Notes under the pieces: model-generated
Told to the model about the DNA's origin: nothing
The model's input: only the letters and a program-made list of their open reading frames with translations
The model's database searches: none
Made by a program: the position numbers and the translations under genes
NCBI GenBank assembly: GCA_946965045.2
Contig: OX337230.1
Coordinates: forward strand, 744,001-808,000
Direction: 5' to 3'
Source of the DNA: Epithemia pelagica
Taxonomy: Eukaryota; Protista; Bacillariophyta
Length of the DNA stretch: 64,000 bases
In this document: one piece after another, positions 10,681 to 21,747 of the stretch
How positions within the stretch are numbered: the stretch's first letter is position 1
Layout of the letters: each line of letters opens with the position of its first letter

Positions 10681-11886
10681 ATGACGACGACTTCCACCGC
10701 ATCCAGTCAACGATTCTTTCAGACAGCCGAACTGTCTCGGGTAATGATTCCTGCTGATGCCAATGTGGCGGGAAACGTTCATGGAGGAACTATTATGCAA
10801 ATGATTGAAGAGTCGGCCTGTGTCGCCGCCAGTCGATTCTACAACCATCACCACCAGAATACCCAGAGCAACAATGGACTCGAACCTTGTGGCCACATTG
10901 GTGTTGTCACTGCTCGCGTCGAGTCTATTACCTTTCAACAGCCCCTACACGTGGGAGATGTGGCCAAAGTTCAAGCGCAAGTGGTCTTTTCCTCCCAACA
11001 CACGGTTGCCGTGGCTGTCAAGGTTGTGGCCGCTAGACTTTCATCCAGTTCCGATATGATTTGCAATCGTGCCCTTCTTTGGATTGTAGGTCATGCAAAA
11101 AGTGATGGCTGTAGTCATCAAATGGCCCAGAACAAGAATGGCATTGCAACTGTTCAACGAAATGTTCAACAGGGTAAGGTGGATGATTTGGTAAAGGCCC
11201 CTGCCTTGGATCCTCCACAGGACGACGTGGAAGGTATCATGGCACACAAGTTGGCCAAAATGGCGTACCGCAGTCGAAAGGCGAACCAGGCATCCGATCC
11301 TGCTTCCTTACCCGACATTGTGAATGACGAAGAACTGGAGAGAGTGGGAGGCACATCCAACAGCACTCTTGCGAACAAGGAGGATGCCTATGCTCCAGAC
11401 CAAAGCGCCGTGGAGCTAGCTCAGGTGATGCTTCCCACTGACTGTGTCACAGGTGGTGGCTTGGTAAGAGGAGGCGTTGTCATGAAGCTCATGGACAATG
11501 CTTGTGGAGTCGCGGCAGTTCGACATTGCGGAACCAATGTTGTGACCGTGTCGGTGGACGCTCTCGACTTGGTGGCGCCCGTGTTGTTGGGAGATGTCTT
11601 GAGGATTCGAGCCAAACCCATTTTTACTTCAGGAAAATCCATTGAAATTCAAACCCAGGTCGTGGCCGAACGATTCTTGTTGTCGCTGACAAGTGGCAAG
11701 TATGAACGTAAGGAAATTGTCGCCGCCCAACAAGCCTTTTTCACGTTTGTGAGTTTGGGTTCGAACGGCAAAGCACAGCCCATGCGTCCCTTGGCTTCTC
11801 AGTCCTACGAAGATAGGAGACTTTTTGAACAGGGTAGGCAGCGTTATGAACAACGAAAAGCCTTGCGAGCAAGTTCAAAAGCATAA
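10681..11886 (+). CDS. Acyl-CoA thioesterase, double hot-dog fold (ACOT7/BACH-like)
   Basis: Two hot-dog domains: MIPADANVAGNVHGGTIMQMIEE and MLPTDC...GGVVMKLMDNACG...VTVSVD. Start placed at ATG 10681 within ORF 10474-11886. Confidence 0.88.
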   Translation: MTTTSTASSQRFFQTAELSRVMIPADANVAGNVHGGTIMQMIEESACVAASRFYNHHHQNTQSNNGLEPCGHIGVVTARVESITFQQPLHVGDVAKVQAQVVFSSQHTVAVAVKVVAARLSSSSDMICNRALLWIVGHAKSDGCSHQMAQNKNGIATVQRNVQQGKVDDLVKAPALDPPQDDVEGIMAHKLAKMAYRSRKANQASDPASLPDIVNDEELERVGGTSNSTLANKEDAYAPDQSAVELAQVMLPTDCVTGGGLVRGGVVMKLMDNACGVAAVRHCGTNVVTVSVDALDLVAPVLLGDVLRIRAKPIFTSGKSIEIQTQVVAERFLLSLTSGKYERKEIVAAQQAFFTFVSLGSNGKAQPMRPLASQSYEDRRLFEQGRQRYEQRKALRASSKA

Positions 11887-12291
11887 ATTTTGTTCGAGTG
11901 TGACCATAGTAGGAAGTGTAAGTGTTTCGTCTATAAACTGAGATGCTTTTTATTCAATTTCATCATCAAGGATGGCTGCGTGTGACCAGAACTTAAGTCG
12001 TCAACAAGAACGATTCGTTTGGCGTTCAATGGGTGAGACTATGACTGGTTCGGTCGGTACGTGGAGATTGGAGATAGGTGGCGCATACTTGATAAAATAC
12101 GGGGTCCATGGAGAAACGCCGCCAATCTATTTGCCTTAGTAGTGCCGCTGGGTAACCAATGACTTTGATGTCAACGCAGGGAACTACAGGGAAACTATCC
12201 CAGATAAAAATATGACATATATGATATTGTGCCTCCAAAATTTGCTAAACGATGGTATCAATCATAGTATCATCTAGAGATCTATATGTCC

Positions 12292-15200
12292 TCAATCAAT
12301 ATTGTTGTTTTTCCGTTGTTCTCGTCGGTTTGCCACAAACTGCCGTACTCGACGTCCAACGATAGGACTTTTCGATCGCCTTCGATTGCGCAATCTAAGT
12401 CCACGCCGATCCGAAGCATTGCTCCGTTGCGATTTACTCATCTCCGTTTCATCATCCGAGTCCAACGTGGGCCGTAAAGATTCAGGCGGATCAGAGGCTG
12501 AGACAAAAGCGTACTGATTTTCGGGTGGCCAGTCGTAGAATCTTTGGTACATGAGAGGGCTATTGGGGACAACAACCTTTCTGATCTCTGTATCATCGAT
12601 ATCGTCATTGGTGAGGGGGTCGTTGTTAGGCGTATAGTTTGTAAACAGGGGTGCATCTTCCTCCACATCAACGTCTTTCAGCTTTTTCTTCTTGATAACT
12701 TTGTCTGGATTGAATTCCAAGTCTGCGTCCTCTTTTCCATGTTCCCAGACAAGTCGAAATAAAAAGTTTTGAGGTCCGAAAAGAACAAATCCAATAACAC
12801 CCAGAAGGATTCGCCAAGGAACCAAATGGAGAATAATGACAAGAATGGGTCCCAAGAGAGAGACCCAAAAAGAGAGAATTGGATCTCGCCAGGTGAATAA
12901 GTTGAAAAGCGCACGAAAAAGACACAAAAATGCCAACACAATCTCAATTATGGGTTGCACAATGACCCCCACCTTTGAGATGAGAGGATTCCCGTTGGAA
13001 TATTTTCCTGATTGGAGTAATCGATCGTAGTTGTCGTTGTTGCTACTTGGACCTTCTGCAGTCGAACGCTTTGATGGAGAAGATCGACTTCTCAGATGTC
13101 GGCGTCTTCGTCTTCGAGAGGAAGAAGTGCTGATGGAGGCTTCTGATTTTCCAGTTATCGATTTAGGGGGTGATGAGGTATGAGTCGATAAGTTCCCACT
13201 CCCTGTTGATGCAGTCTCACCGCGAGTTTCGTCTATTGCTGGATCCAGAGGATGTGGAGCTTCGATAGATGGATAAACCCGGTCGTTAAATGCGTGCAGG
13301 AAAACTCCGTGTACTTTGTGGCGGGCGAGCGCCAAAACATCAGTAAGTTTCTTTTTGTTCTTTGACTTGACATTCAAATCCTGGTGAGGAGGACTTTTCA
13401 GGTATTTGACATGCGTGACGACACCATTTTCAATGTATACCTCTTCGCGTGGCTCAGTGTCTTGCACACTCATTGTAGTGGATTTGTCATCCTGGTCCTC
13501 TTCATTGCTGTTGCTATGATCCAGCAAATGGTCAAAATCTTTTGACAGCTGTTCCGTGTTTGTTGATGATGACATTGAGTCATCTAGGTGAATTGTTTCT
13601 TGCTGCTGTTCATGCAGGAGAAGCTTTTTGGACTCTTTGGACCGAATGACCAATGAATCCTTGACCTTGAATCTAGGGTGATCAACGCCTGTGGCATACG
13701 GCATTTCCAGATGAACATCCGCCTCCTCCAGTACCTTGTCTGGCATCAAACCCAAACATTTCATTATAAATTTTCCCTGAGGTTCATGAGTTTTGGTTTC
13801 GTACTCTCGAAGATCACATTCGATAAAGTGATAAAAATGGCTTTCATCGTCCTTAAACGCTTCCTGTCGATGTCGAACATGTTCAAACAATTTCAGCTCA
13901 GCCATGAAACGCTGTCCCAAATGCATGGCTGATTCTCTGGATTTCGAAAAGCCTGACTTGACCAGAAAATTTACGGCATCTCTTCCCTGAAATGCTCTTC
14001 GGTAGACTCGAAATCCATGCCGTAAGCTTCGCGTTTTGACACCGCGGCGAAAGGCAGTTCCAATCTTTAACAAATCATTGGCGCAAAACGCCATTGATGC
14101 TGTGGAGTTCTCAGCCAAGGGATCTGGACGATCAGATTCGGTCTCCATATCATCCCAGCATCGTTGAGTGCTAGCTTTGTCTTTGGCCTCCATAGAGAGG
14201 GGCTCAATAAACTGACGATTTTGTCTGCCCTTTCCTTTCGATCCCCCGAAGAAGAGGGCTGCAAACAATTCTTCCCATGTTGGTGCCAAGAAACCGTTCT
14301 GAACGGGAGAGTCCATGGCATAATACGCATAATTCTTCCACAAATGCAGCAACAGATATGTTAACAAGTGTCCTGGTGCATGTGATAAGGATCCCTCGTA
14401 AATACAATGCATCCACGCCAAAAAGACAAAACCCGAAATCAAAGGATAATGCCAACGTGTAAGTTCATAAAACTCGCGTTTTCGTAAATGACGAAGGACG
14501 TGGATCCGGGTGAAGTTGATCTCTCGCATAGTTGCCTTGAACTGGTCCATTGTGAATCGACCGGGAAAATGATTGCCATGAACCGTTCGAGCAACATTTT
14601 GGAAGGATTTCACATCGCAACAAGAAATAGTACAGCTTTCGTTGACGTGTGGCTTTAGGTCTGATACCCGTTTCGGTAAATAGGACAAAATCGCCTCTCG
14701 TTCGGAATACCATTGCAAATGAAAACGAACCCGAATGGCTCCTCGATGTTCTCGAGTATAGATATGACTTGACGAACGGAGAGGCAAGGTGACATCGTAT
14801 AATGATCCAGGCCGAAGGCGTGACAAGTCCAGTACAATACGTCCAGCGAAACCATCACGTCGTTCATTGCTAGTAGATTGGCCAAATACACCAACGTAAA
14901 GACGAGCATAAGCTTCATAAATGGGAAAGATACATGCACGCCTCATTTTACTCAGCCAAATGGGATTCGCAACAGGAGGCATGACATCGGTTTTGAAGGC
15001 ATATTTACCACAAACAGCAATGCAAAAATCGGACGATTCTCGAATAACACCTTCTTTCGGAATGCCAAAACATTGAAGGATTTCGAGAGACAGCTTTCCA
15101 ATCATTGGATTATCTGGACTCGATCCATAACTTTCAGCCAAATCATGATAGTATTCCGACGGTGCATTCATTTCTTTTCGCAATTCATCTCGAGTAAAAC

Positions 15201-15390
15201 GAGCGTTGGGGTACGCATAATCTGGGGTGACCTTGAATCGTTCTTCGGCCAGGTTTTTGCCCCGCTTTTGCGACAATATTTCAATGTCATGGACGGCTAC
15301 ACGCGCTTTCTTCGGAAGTGTAGCCAGCCTTTGATGGATCCTCCGTCCCTCAGTGCTTCCTTCTCCAGCTTCGTCTAGTATCTTCTCCAT
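12292..15390 (-). CDS. C2-domain + DEP-domain membrane protein with MCTP/PRT_C-like C-terminus
   Basis: C2 (LSLEILQCFG...LYVGVFG...DGFAGRIVLDL), DEP (RAFQGRDAVNFLV...A..LGQ...LFEHV...FKDD..FYHF), and FTWRDPILSFW plus hydrophobic hairpin. Possibly 5'-truncated by the adjacent LTR. Confidence 0.75.
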   Translation of the reverse strand: MEKILDEAGEGSTEGRRIHQRLATLPKKARVAVHDIEILSQKRGKNLAEERFKVTPDYAYPNARFTRDELRKEMNAPSEYYHDLAESYGSSPDNPMIGKLSLEILQCFGIPKEGVIRESSDFCIAVCGKYAFKTDVMPPVANPIWLSKMRRACIFPIYEAYARLYVGVFGQSTSNERRDGFAGRIVLDLSRLRPGSLYDVTLPLRSSSHIYTREHRGAIRVRFHLQWYSEREAILSYLPKRVSDLKPHVNESCTISCCDVKSFQNVARTVHGNHFPGRFTMDQFKATMREINFTRIHVLRHLRKREFYELTRWHYPLISGFVFLAWMHCIYEGSLSHAPGHLLTYLLLHLWKNYAYYAMDSPVQNGFLAPTWEELFAALFFGGSKGKGRQNRQFIEPLSMEAKDKASTQRCWDDMETESDRPDPLAENSTASMAFCANDLLKIGTAFRRGVKTRSLRHGFRVYRRAFQGRDAVNFLVKSGFSKSRESAMHLGQRFMAELKLFEHVRHRQEAFKDDESHFYHFIECDLREYETKTHEPQGKFIMKCLGLMPDKVLEEADVHLEMPYATGVDHPRFKVKDSLVIRSKESKKLLLHEQQQETIHLDDSMSSSTNTEQLSKDFDHLLDHSNSNEEDQDDKSTTMSVQDTEPREEVYIENGVVTHVKYLKSPPHQDLNVKSKNKKKLTDVLALARHKVHGVFLHAFNDRVYPSIEAPHPLDPAIDETRGETASTGSGNLSTHTSSPPKSITGKSEASISTSSSRRRRRRHLRSRSSPSKRSTAEGPSSNNDNYDRLLQSGKYSNGNPLISKVGVIVQPIIEIVLAFLCLFRALFNLFTWRDPILSFWVSLLGPILVIILHLVPWRILLGVIGFVLFGPQNFLFRLVWEHGKEDADLEFNPDKVIKKKKLKDVDVEEDAPLFTNYTPNNDPLTNDDIDDTEIRKVVVPNSPLMYQRFYDWPPENQYAFVSASDPPESLRPTLDSDDETEMSKSQRSNASDRRGLRLRNRRRSKSPIVGRRVRQFVANRREQRKNNNID

Positions 15391-15411
15391 GGTGATGCTC
15401 AGATTGATGAG

Positions 15412-16245
15412 TGTGAAAACTCTCCTTCGGCCCAAGTAGATGAGTTGGACTCAGGTGGCAAAAGAGATTATAAGGTTATATCTAGGGTGGAATGGAATGG
15501 ATTGATCCCGTAGGAATCGTGTGTACGTTCCCCAAAATTGTGTAGCGCATACGTTGTGACCGTTGAGCACGCGAGGCGATGTTTTCAATGGGTCTTTACT
15601 GAAATGTTTTTATCATAAACATAACATAAAACATAAACACAACGCAAATTTTTGTAGGGCTCATAACCAGCTCATAACCTATTGGTTATGTTTGAGTTTA
15701 TGATTCGTCGCTTGGTTATGAGGCATGAATTCATGCCTCATAACCGTTGTGTTCAAACATAACACAAAACACATCCGAAAAATTCTCAACGCATGCCCAA
15801 CACCGGGCATGCGCATGAAAATGGACACGAGTTCCTCACCAGATTCATGGGACTCTCTTGTTGGTACTTTGCCGAGATGATACACTGGTACGCTGGGTAT
15901 GTCACTTCCGCTCAATGCTTGATGAGGAAGAAGGAAGGAAGAAGGAAGAAGGAAGAAGAATCATCAAGCTTGACCATCACACTAGCACCTCTTTTTTGAT
16001 GCCAAAGAAAAGCAAGGCAAAAGCATAGAGATGCGTCGGATTGAGGTGGGGGGAAACTTTGTAGAATTTTTGTGTTCCCACTGTTATGTTTTATGTTTTG
16101 CTATTTATGTTTTATGTTTCAAAGAGTTTCAGTGGCATGAGCAGTCATAAACATAAACATAACATAATGAGGCAAAAACTTTGTGTTTATGTTTTATTTT
16201 ATGTTTATGATAAAAACATTTCAGTAAAGACCCAATATTTTAACA
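15412..16245 (-). repeat. Copia 3' LTR (~187 bp once the MITE is removed)
   Basis: Follows polypurine tract GAGAGGGAG (16246-16254). Begins TGTTAAAA and ends TTTTCACA (near-perfect inverted termini). Confidence 0.7.
15590..16233. mobile_element. Non-autonomous MITE (PIF/Harbinger-group-like), 644 bp, AAT target duplication, nested in the LTR
   Basis: ~50-bp TIRs GGGTCTTTACTGAAATGTTTTTATCATAAACAT...; AAT at 15587-15589 and 16234-16236; internal ACATAA repeats and a 32-bp perfect palindrome at 15714-15745. Confidence 0.88.
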
Positions 16246-17000
16246 CTCCCTCTCGCGCAAAATTGTAGTCGTCCATCCCATCACCATCTTTCGCAGTGGT
16301 GCCAAAACGTTTTGGGCCAATGGCTTGGTGAGATAATCACTCAGTTGTTCCGTGGTGGGAATAGCGTGGATCGTGATGTCCCCTCGCTCCACGTATCCCC
16401 TAAAGTGATGGAGCTTTACGTTCAGGTGCTTGGTTCGTGGTCGAAATTTATGGACCTTCGCCATTTCCAGCGCCCCACTGTTGTCCTCGAAGACCTTACA
16501 GTGTAGTTTTGCCCTGGTGTCGGCAATGTCGATGCCGTGTCCCTTCAGCTCCTTCAGGATTTCCATCAATGGGATTGCTTCTCTCAAAGCGTATGATAAC
16601 CCCGTGTATTCGCTCTCCGTCGAGCTCAAGGCGATCTCAGTCTGTAACTGTGATTTCCATACGACAGGGCATCCTTTGTAGCGGATGATGTATCCGTGTC
16701 GCGACCGTGCCGTATCCGCATCGATCTCGGGTTGCTTTGGATCCCAGTTACCTGCAAAATCGGCATCCACGTATACTTCCAATCCTGCGTCTTGGTCTGG
16801 TTGGAAGGTCATTCCCTTGTCTCTTGTTCCCAGCAGATACCGACCAAGCCATTTCACTGCGTCACCGTGTTCCTTGCGTGGGTTGGAACAAAATCGAGCA
16901 CATTGATGTGTTGCGTATGATATATCACTCCTCGATCCGGCTTCGAGGTAATTCATCATTCCTATTACCGATCGGTAATTGAAGTGGTTATCAAAAGGTG
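16240..17000 (-). pseudogene. Copia retrotransposon remnant: end of RT and RNase H, 5'-truncated
   Basis: FNYRSVIGMMNYLE, SRSDISYATHQCARF, VYVDADFAG, ALSSTESEY, EDNSGA and QLSDYLTKPL. Confidence 0.92.
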
Positions 17001-18153
17001 CGAAATGATGTCAGCATGTCAGAACTCACCCGGATGTGTCTTTTCTATGTTTAGTGTTCTGGAGAACATTAAGCTAGAGGAGTACATGTGAGTTTACTTG
17101 ACGATCCTCCCTATATCATCAGCCTATTCATGATGCAGAAAGAAGCTGGAGATCCAAGATCCCTCTGTAGTCTATGACCTCTTTCGGGAGAGATGCAACG
17201 ATTCAGGGACCAGATAAAGAAGATTTTGTCATGTGCATGGTTCAAGGCATGGCTTAAACGTACGACGCGCATGATCGAAACAGAACTGTTTCGACTGTAC
17301 TGCCACGCTCGGTGCAGTGTTGGGTGGATGGAACACTGCTCTCGTACAATCATCACGATGTACATGCCTCCAACGGGTGGTCGGGTATGAGTTTGTTCAA
17401 TCTCGTCTTTCGTCTGGTCGATTGCCGGGCGTAGTCCCGCGATAAAGGCAACGATGGTGTTTGAGTCAATGACACATCTGCATCGGCCCGTAAATCAAGA
17501 AGCCATTCCTCCCCTTTGATGCCTGCATGATTTCAAACGCCATGGAGCTTTGTCATATTGTCTAGGATAGGATGATGAAATGGATCCCGTGTCATGATCT
17601 GAAGAGTCCGCGTCATTGAACAGACGAATCTCTCTCATGGGAGCAGACGCAAGCTTCAATCCGATCTATCAGGCCCTGCCATTGTCATCTCTAGTTAGCT
17701 CATCATTTGTTGTCCACGTCCGGATAGACTATAAAAGTGACACCTCTTCCTGGAAGAGGAACGGGAACACATCAAAAGCTCGTCGTCACGATCGGAACCA
17801 GCTTCTTCCTGCGCGCCTGCCGATGTTGGTATCAGATTTTTTGAATTCCACCTTCACTCTCCTCTCATAATTTCACGTCCTCGAGAATCACAACATCCTC
17901 TTTGGAAGCTCCATTGCTCAAACCAAGCACTCAAAGTCTTCTTCCTTTCCTGTTTCGCCGATATCCAAGTCGTCTTTCAAACGTTGACGACGAACGAAAT
18001 TGCTGTGTTTACGACGAACGCCCGTGTCTTGTTACCCAAGGTAAGCTGAAACAAAACAGGAAACTCCAAATCGATCGTTTCCTACCCTCCATCCTCCTTT
18101 TCCATCAATCAAGCTCACCACTATATCTCTGCTTCCTAGAATCACTCTCCATC

Positions 18154-19433
18154 ATGTTGACCAAACATCTTTCCTCCTTCTTGGCCTTGCTCGTTCCTGG
18201 CATGACCTGGGCAGCCCCGATCCGAACCTGTGAAGATCAGTGGCCCTGTGTCCGTTTCACCTACAATTCCCTTCCTTCCAACGTGTGCGCGGAAGAGGAA
18301 TGCGAGTACCAAGTCTGTATGATCCTCGACTTTAGTGGGAGTTGCGCCAAGACCGGTAGTGTAAGCCATACCTGCGAGAAACACGAAGATGGTGTCTGCT
18401 TGAATGGCGGCGGGTTTAAAGATGTATCAGATGAAGTTCCAGGTATTGGCAACGGATACACCAGTTGCCAGATTGTGCCACCGAATGGAGTTGCCGAGTT
18501 TCTCCTCAAGGATGGAAATGCCAACATGGGTTGTGGCAACAAGGACGTCACGGTTCAGGGTGGTGTCGATGTATCTTGTGAAACGTTGGGTGTCAAGTCT
18601 TGTACCGGAAATGGGAATATTGGGAAGGAATGTGTTTGGCGTGTCACAGCACCTACGTCATGTGGAAAAGTGGAGGTGGTGGTGGAGATCCTCACTTCAA
18701 ACCGTGGAACGGTCATCGCTTCTCGTACCACGGCGAGTGTGATCTTGTCCTTCTTCGGAGCGACGAGTTTGCCGATGGACTTGGTCTTGACCTTCATGTT
18801 CGCACCACCATCCATGGTTTCTACAGCTTTATTGAGGCGGCGGCTCTCTGAATCGGTCCCTCTGTCTTGGAAGTCTCTGGCGGACTGTTTTGGGTCAATG
18901 GGACGCAAGGATCCGACGAACAGCTTCCTCTTTCCATGTCGGGTTTCACGTTGCATCCTCCATACACTCAAGATGCAAACACTCGAGGAACTGGCAAGGT
19001 TTACAAGCTTGATCTCAATGGAGGAGATAAGATCCTGTTCCGAAACTACAAGCACTTACTCACTGTCGATGTGTCTGGCAGTTCTCAAGACTTTGGAAAC
19101 AGTGTTGGACTCATGGGACATTACGAAACTGGAGCCTTGCTTGCTCGAGATGGAGAAACTGAGATTCCGGAAGCCAACGTATTTGGTCATGAATGGCAAG
19201 TTCAGGACCATGAGCCCATGCTTTTTGTTAGCTCTCGTGCTCCACAACACCCGCATGATGGTTGCAACATGCCGGAACAGACGGTGGAAAGTCGCCACTT
19301 GCGAGAATCCAAAAACAGTGACTTGATCGCGGCTGCCGAGGAAGCTTGTGCCGGAAAGCAGTTGGAGGATTTCGAGTTTTGCGTCTTTGATGTCCTGGCC
19401 ACTGAAGACATTGGTCTTGCGGGTGTGTGGTGA
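18154..19433 (+). pseudogene. Secreted Cys-rich + GDPH/VWD-like domain protein, disrupted by a frameshift (~18668) and an in-frame TGA (18849-18851)
   Basis: Signal peptide; Cys-rich N-domain; GGDPHFKPWNGHRFSYHGECDLVL in another frame; FIEAAAL*IGPSVLEV continues in frame to ...FDVLATEDIGLAGVW. Confidence 0.78.
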
Positions 19434-19809
19434 TTGCCCATCATGCGGGTGTGTGGTGAGTGCCCACTATGGAGGCATTGTAGAAGCCCCCTGTAGAATC
19501 GCTCGGTGAAGTGCCGTTTCACCAATAGATATACTCGCAATCATAACCTAAACACGAGCAGCGATGATTCATAAAGAACCGACTTCCTCTAGTTTACACA
19601 TCTTTCGTCACCAAGACAAAGTTTCTTTGCAAAATGAAAGTTTCTTTGCAAAATGTTTGGTCATGGGAGATCTCTGGAGAATGCACTTTTGGAAGCATCC
19701 ACAGCTTTTGAAAACAGAAGCGTTCGTATTGAACACGGGGACACTCGACCAATCGCACCAGGTACCAGCAAGCGATGACAAGGTTGTTTTTGTCGAGCCC
19801 GCTTGAGAG

Positions 19810-20955
19810 TTAGGAAGGAGCGTAGTCGGTTCGTAGAATTTCGGGAATCCGATGGACGACACCATTGAGTGCCAAATGTTGATGGGACCGTTGCAAGGCT
19901 TGTCCTTGCAGGGTAATGGTCGGCACGGCATTGTCCACATTTCTTCGAATGGTCTTTTCCACGACAAGGTCAAAGCCCAAGAGATTGGTCACCCGGGTGA
20001 CGCCCAATGCAAGTTCCTCCCACGACAAAATTTGATTGGGTACGACATGGTACTGGACAATGCGTTGCAAATGTTCGGGCGCGGCCCAATCCACAATGGT
20101 CTCCAACGAAGTAGGAGACGGTGCCAGGACCGTCAATACTTGACTGGCATCCCGCAACAAGTCTTCCATCCCGGCGGCAATGACCAAATTGGTAAATTCC
20201 ACAGACCCCGCCAAATCCAAGACGGTCTGATCGTACCAAGGCAAGGGCAAGGGTCGCGCCAGGTAAAAGACGGATCCATTGTCGGCTTCCATGGCCGACA
20301 CGGCCACAATGCCATTCATTTGAATATCGTTGCGGTTGGACATGACCACTTGCACCGTCTGGCCATTGACCATGGTCAAATTGGTGGTGGTCGTAGTGGA
20401 GACGGGACCTCGATCGGGCACGGCCAAGTGTGTTTCGGTGCAAAAATGATAGGCCACCAAATCCCACCGATGCGCATTCCACAGAGACGACGAGGTGGAC
20501 GACAAGAGATTGTCGAGCAAGGGTGCCGGCAAGGCCACCACAAAGGCCAGGTCCAGGGGAATGAGTGCCGTCAGGTTCTTGTTCAAGTCGGTCGTATTGA
20601 GCAAATTGTTTATGGCTGGATCGGCCACGAGAGAAACAAGTTGATCCATGGTGGCATGATTGCTCAGGAGAGTCGCAATGGTTTCCAAGGATCGATGTGT
20701 GTTGCGGCCTGTCGCAAAGTGACGTTTGGGAACGTTTGGGTCCTCCTCGTACAGCTGATTCCAGGACGACGACAACGACGACAAGTCAGAGTCATGTTCT
20801 TGTTGCAAGAGTTGTGGTTCCTGTGGTGCGAGTGGTTCCAGTCGCTGTGGGAATGACTGTGCACTGTCGTCGGGTGTCACTGTTGTGGCCAGCACGTTGG
20901 ATCCCCATTGAAGCAGCAAGAGAAACTGCATACGAGCAAAGAACGTCCTCTTCAT
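19810..20955 (-). CDS. Secreted fasciclin (FAS1) domain protein, two domains
   Basis: Signal peptide; LTALIPLDLAF...AYH...ADNGSVFYLARPL and LTVLAP...IVQYHVVP...NGVVHRIPEIL. Confidence 0.82.
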   Translation of the reverse strand: MKRTFFARMQFLLLLQWGSNVLATTVTPDDSAQSFPQRLEPLAPQEPQLLQQEHDSDLSSLSSSWNQLYEEDPNVPKRHFATGRNTHRSLETIATLLSNHATMDQLVSLVADPAINNLLNTTDLNKNLTALIPLDLAFVVALPAPLLDNLLSSTSSSLWNAHRWDLVAYHFCTETHLAVPDRGPVSTTTTTNLTMVNGQTVQVVMSNRNDIQMNGIVAVSAMEADNGSVFYLARPLPLPWYDQTVLDLAGSVEFTNLVIAAGMEDLLRDASQVLTVLAPSPTSLETIVDWAAPEHLQRIVQYHVVPNQILSWEELALGVTRVTNLLGFDLVVEKTIRRNVDNAVPTITLQGQALQRSHQHLALNGVVHRIPEILRTDYAPS

Positions 20956-21747
20956 TCTTCTTGTAATGTGATGCAATGTACTTTGTATATCGAGAAACAG
21001 GGAGGAGCCAGTGGAGGTGGTGCTTTTGTCCAACAAAGTTGACCTGGAATCGAGACGGACAGTGAACAATTAAAAGTTTTATGTCATTCCGTTGATGGAA
21101 CTGGCGAGCACGATTCAATAAAGCCGACGACGGTCTACCATCTAACTACCATCGGTTCTTTTCACCAGGCAATGCCGAAACCAACGGCGAGATTGGACGA
21201 ACGATTGAATTTGTTACGGCGCGGGTCTTTGTGTTTGTGCTTCTTTGTGAGGGAGTGCATGGGGAATCATGGCCCCCCAAAGGACTCAACACATGTCCAA
21301 TGCGCGACCAAGACCAACGTTCCAGGATGAGTCCCTTGTCTCCTTCGAACGGGACTCGTCTCTGGTATACTTTCTGTCAGAGTGCAGCATGGAGCAGGTC
21401 TTGCGTATTTCATGGGACTCTCTCTATAGGTTCACCATTTGGCAGGGAGGGATGGACGTGACTCTCGGCACTCCGATTCTGACTGGCGCGCTTGGGTTCA
21501 CGCCGGGGGGCTCAACGTTGGAGACGCACCACCACTATTTGTCGTGTCCAGGATGCGTTGGAATCTTGGCACGGCAAATTTTTCTTTGCGACTCGAACCC
21601 ATGGCAACACGACAGTGTCAAGACCGACCGCACTCAAGCGTACAACAAGAGCACTCTTCTTTGTTCACTTTCAGGGAACCACGTGAATGTACCTTAAAAC
21701 TTGTGGTGGTTGCTGATTCGGCATTGGATCATTATCATTCCACCACC

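Noticed and set aside
17000-17900. Short ORFs between the Copia remnant and the GDPH gene, considered as the lost 5' end of the C2/DEP gene
   Set aside because: All frames are interrupted and I recognise no domain or splice path.
19419-19655. Small tandem duplications (~26 bp at the GDPH stop; 19 bp at ~19618)
   Set aside because: Ordinary slippage duplications with no further structure.
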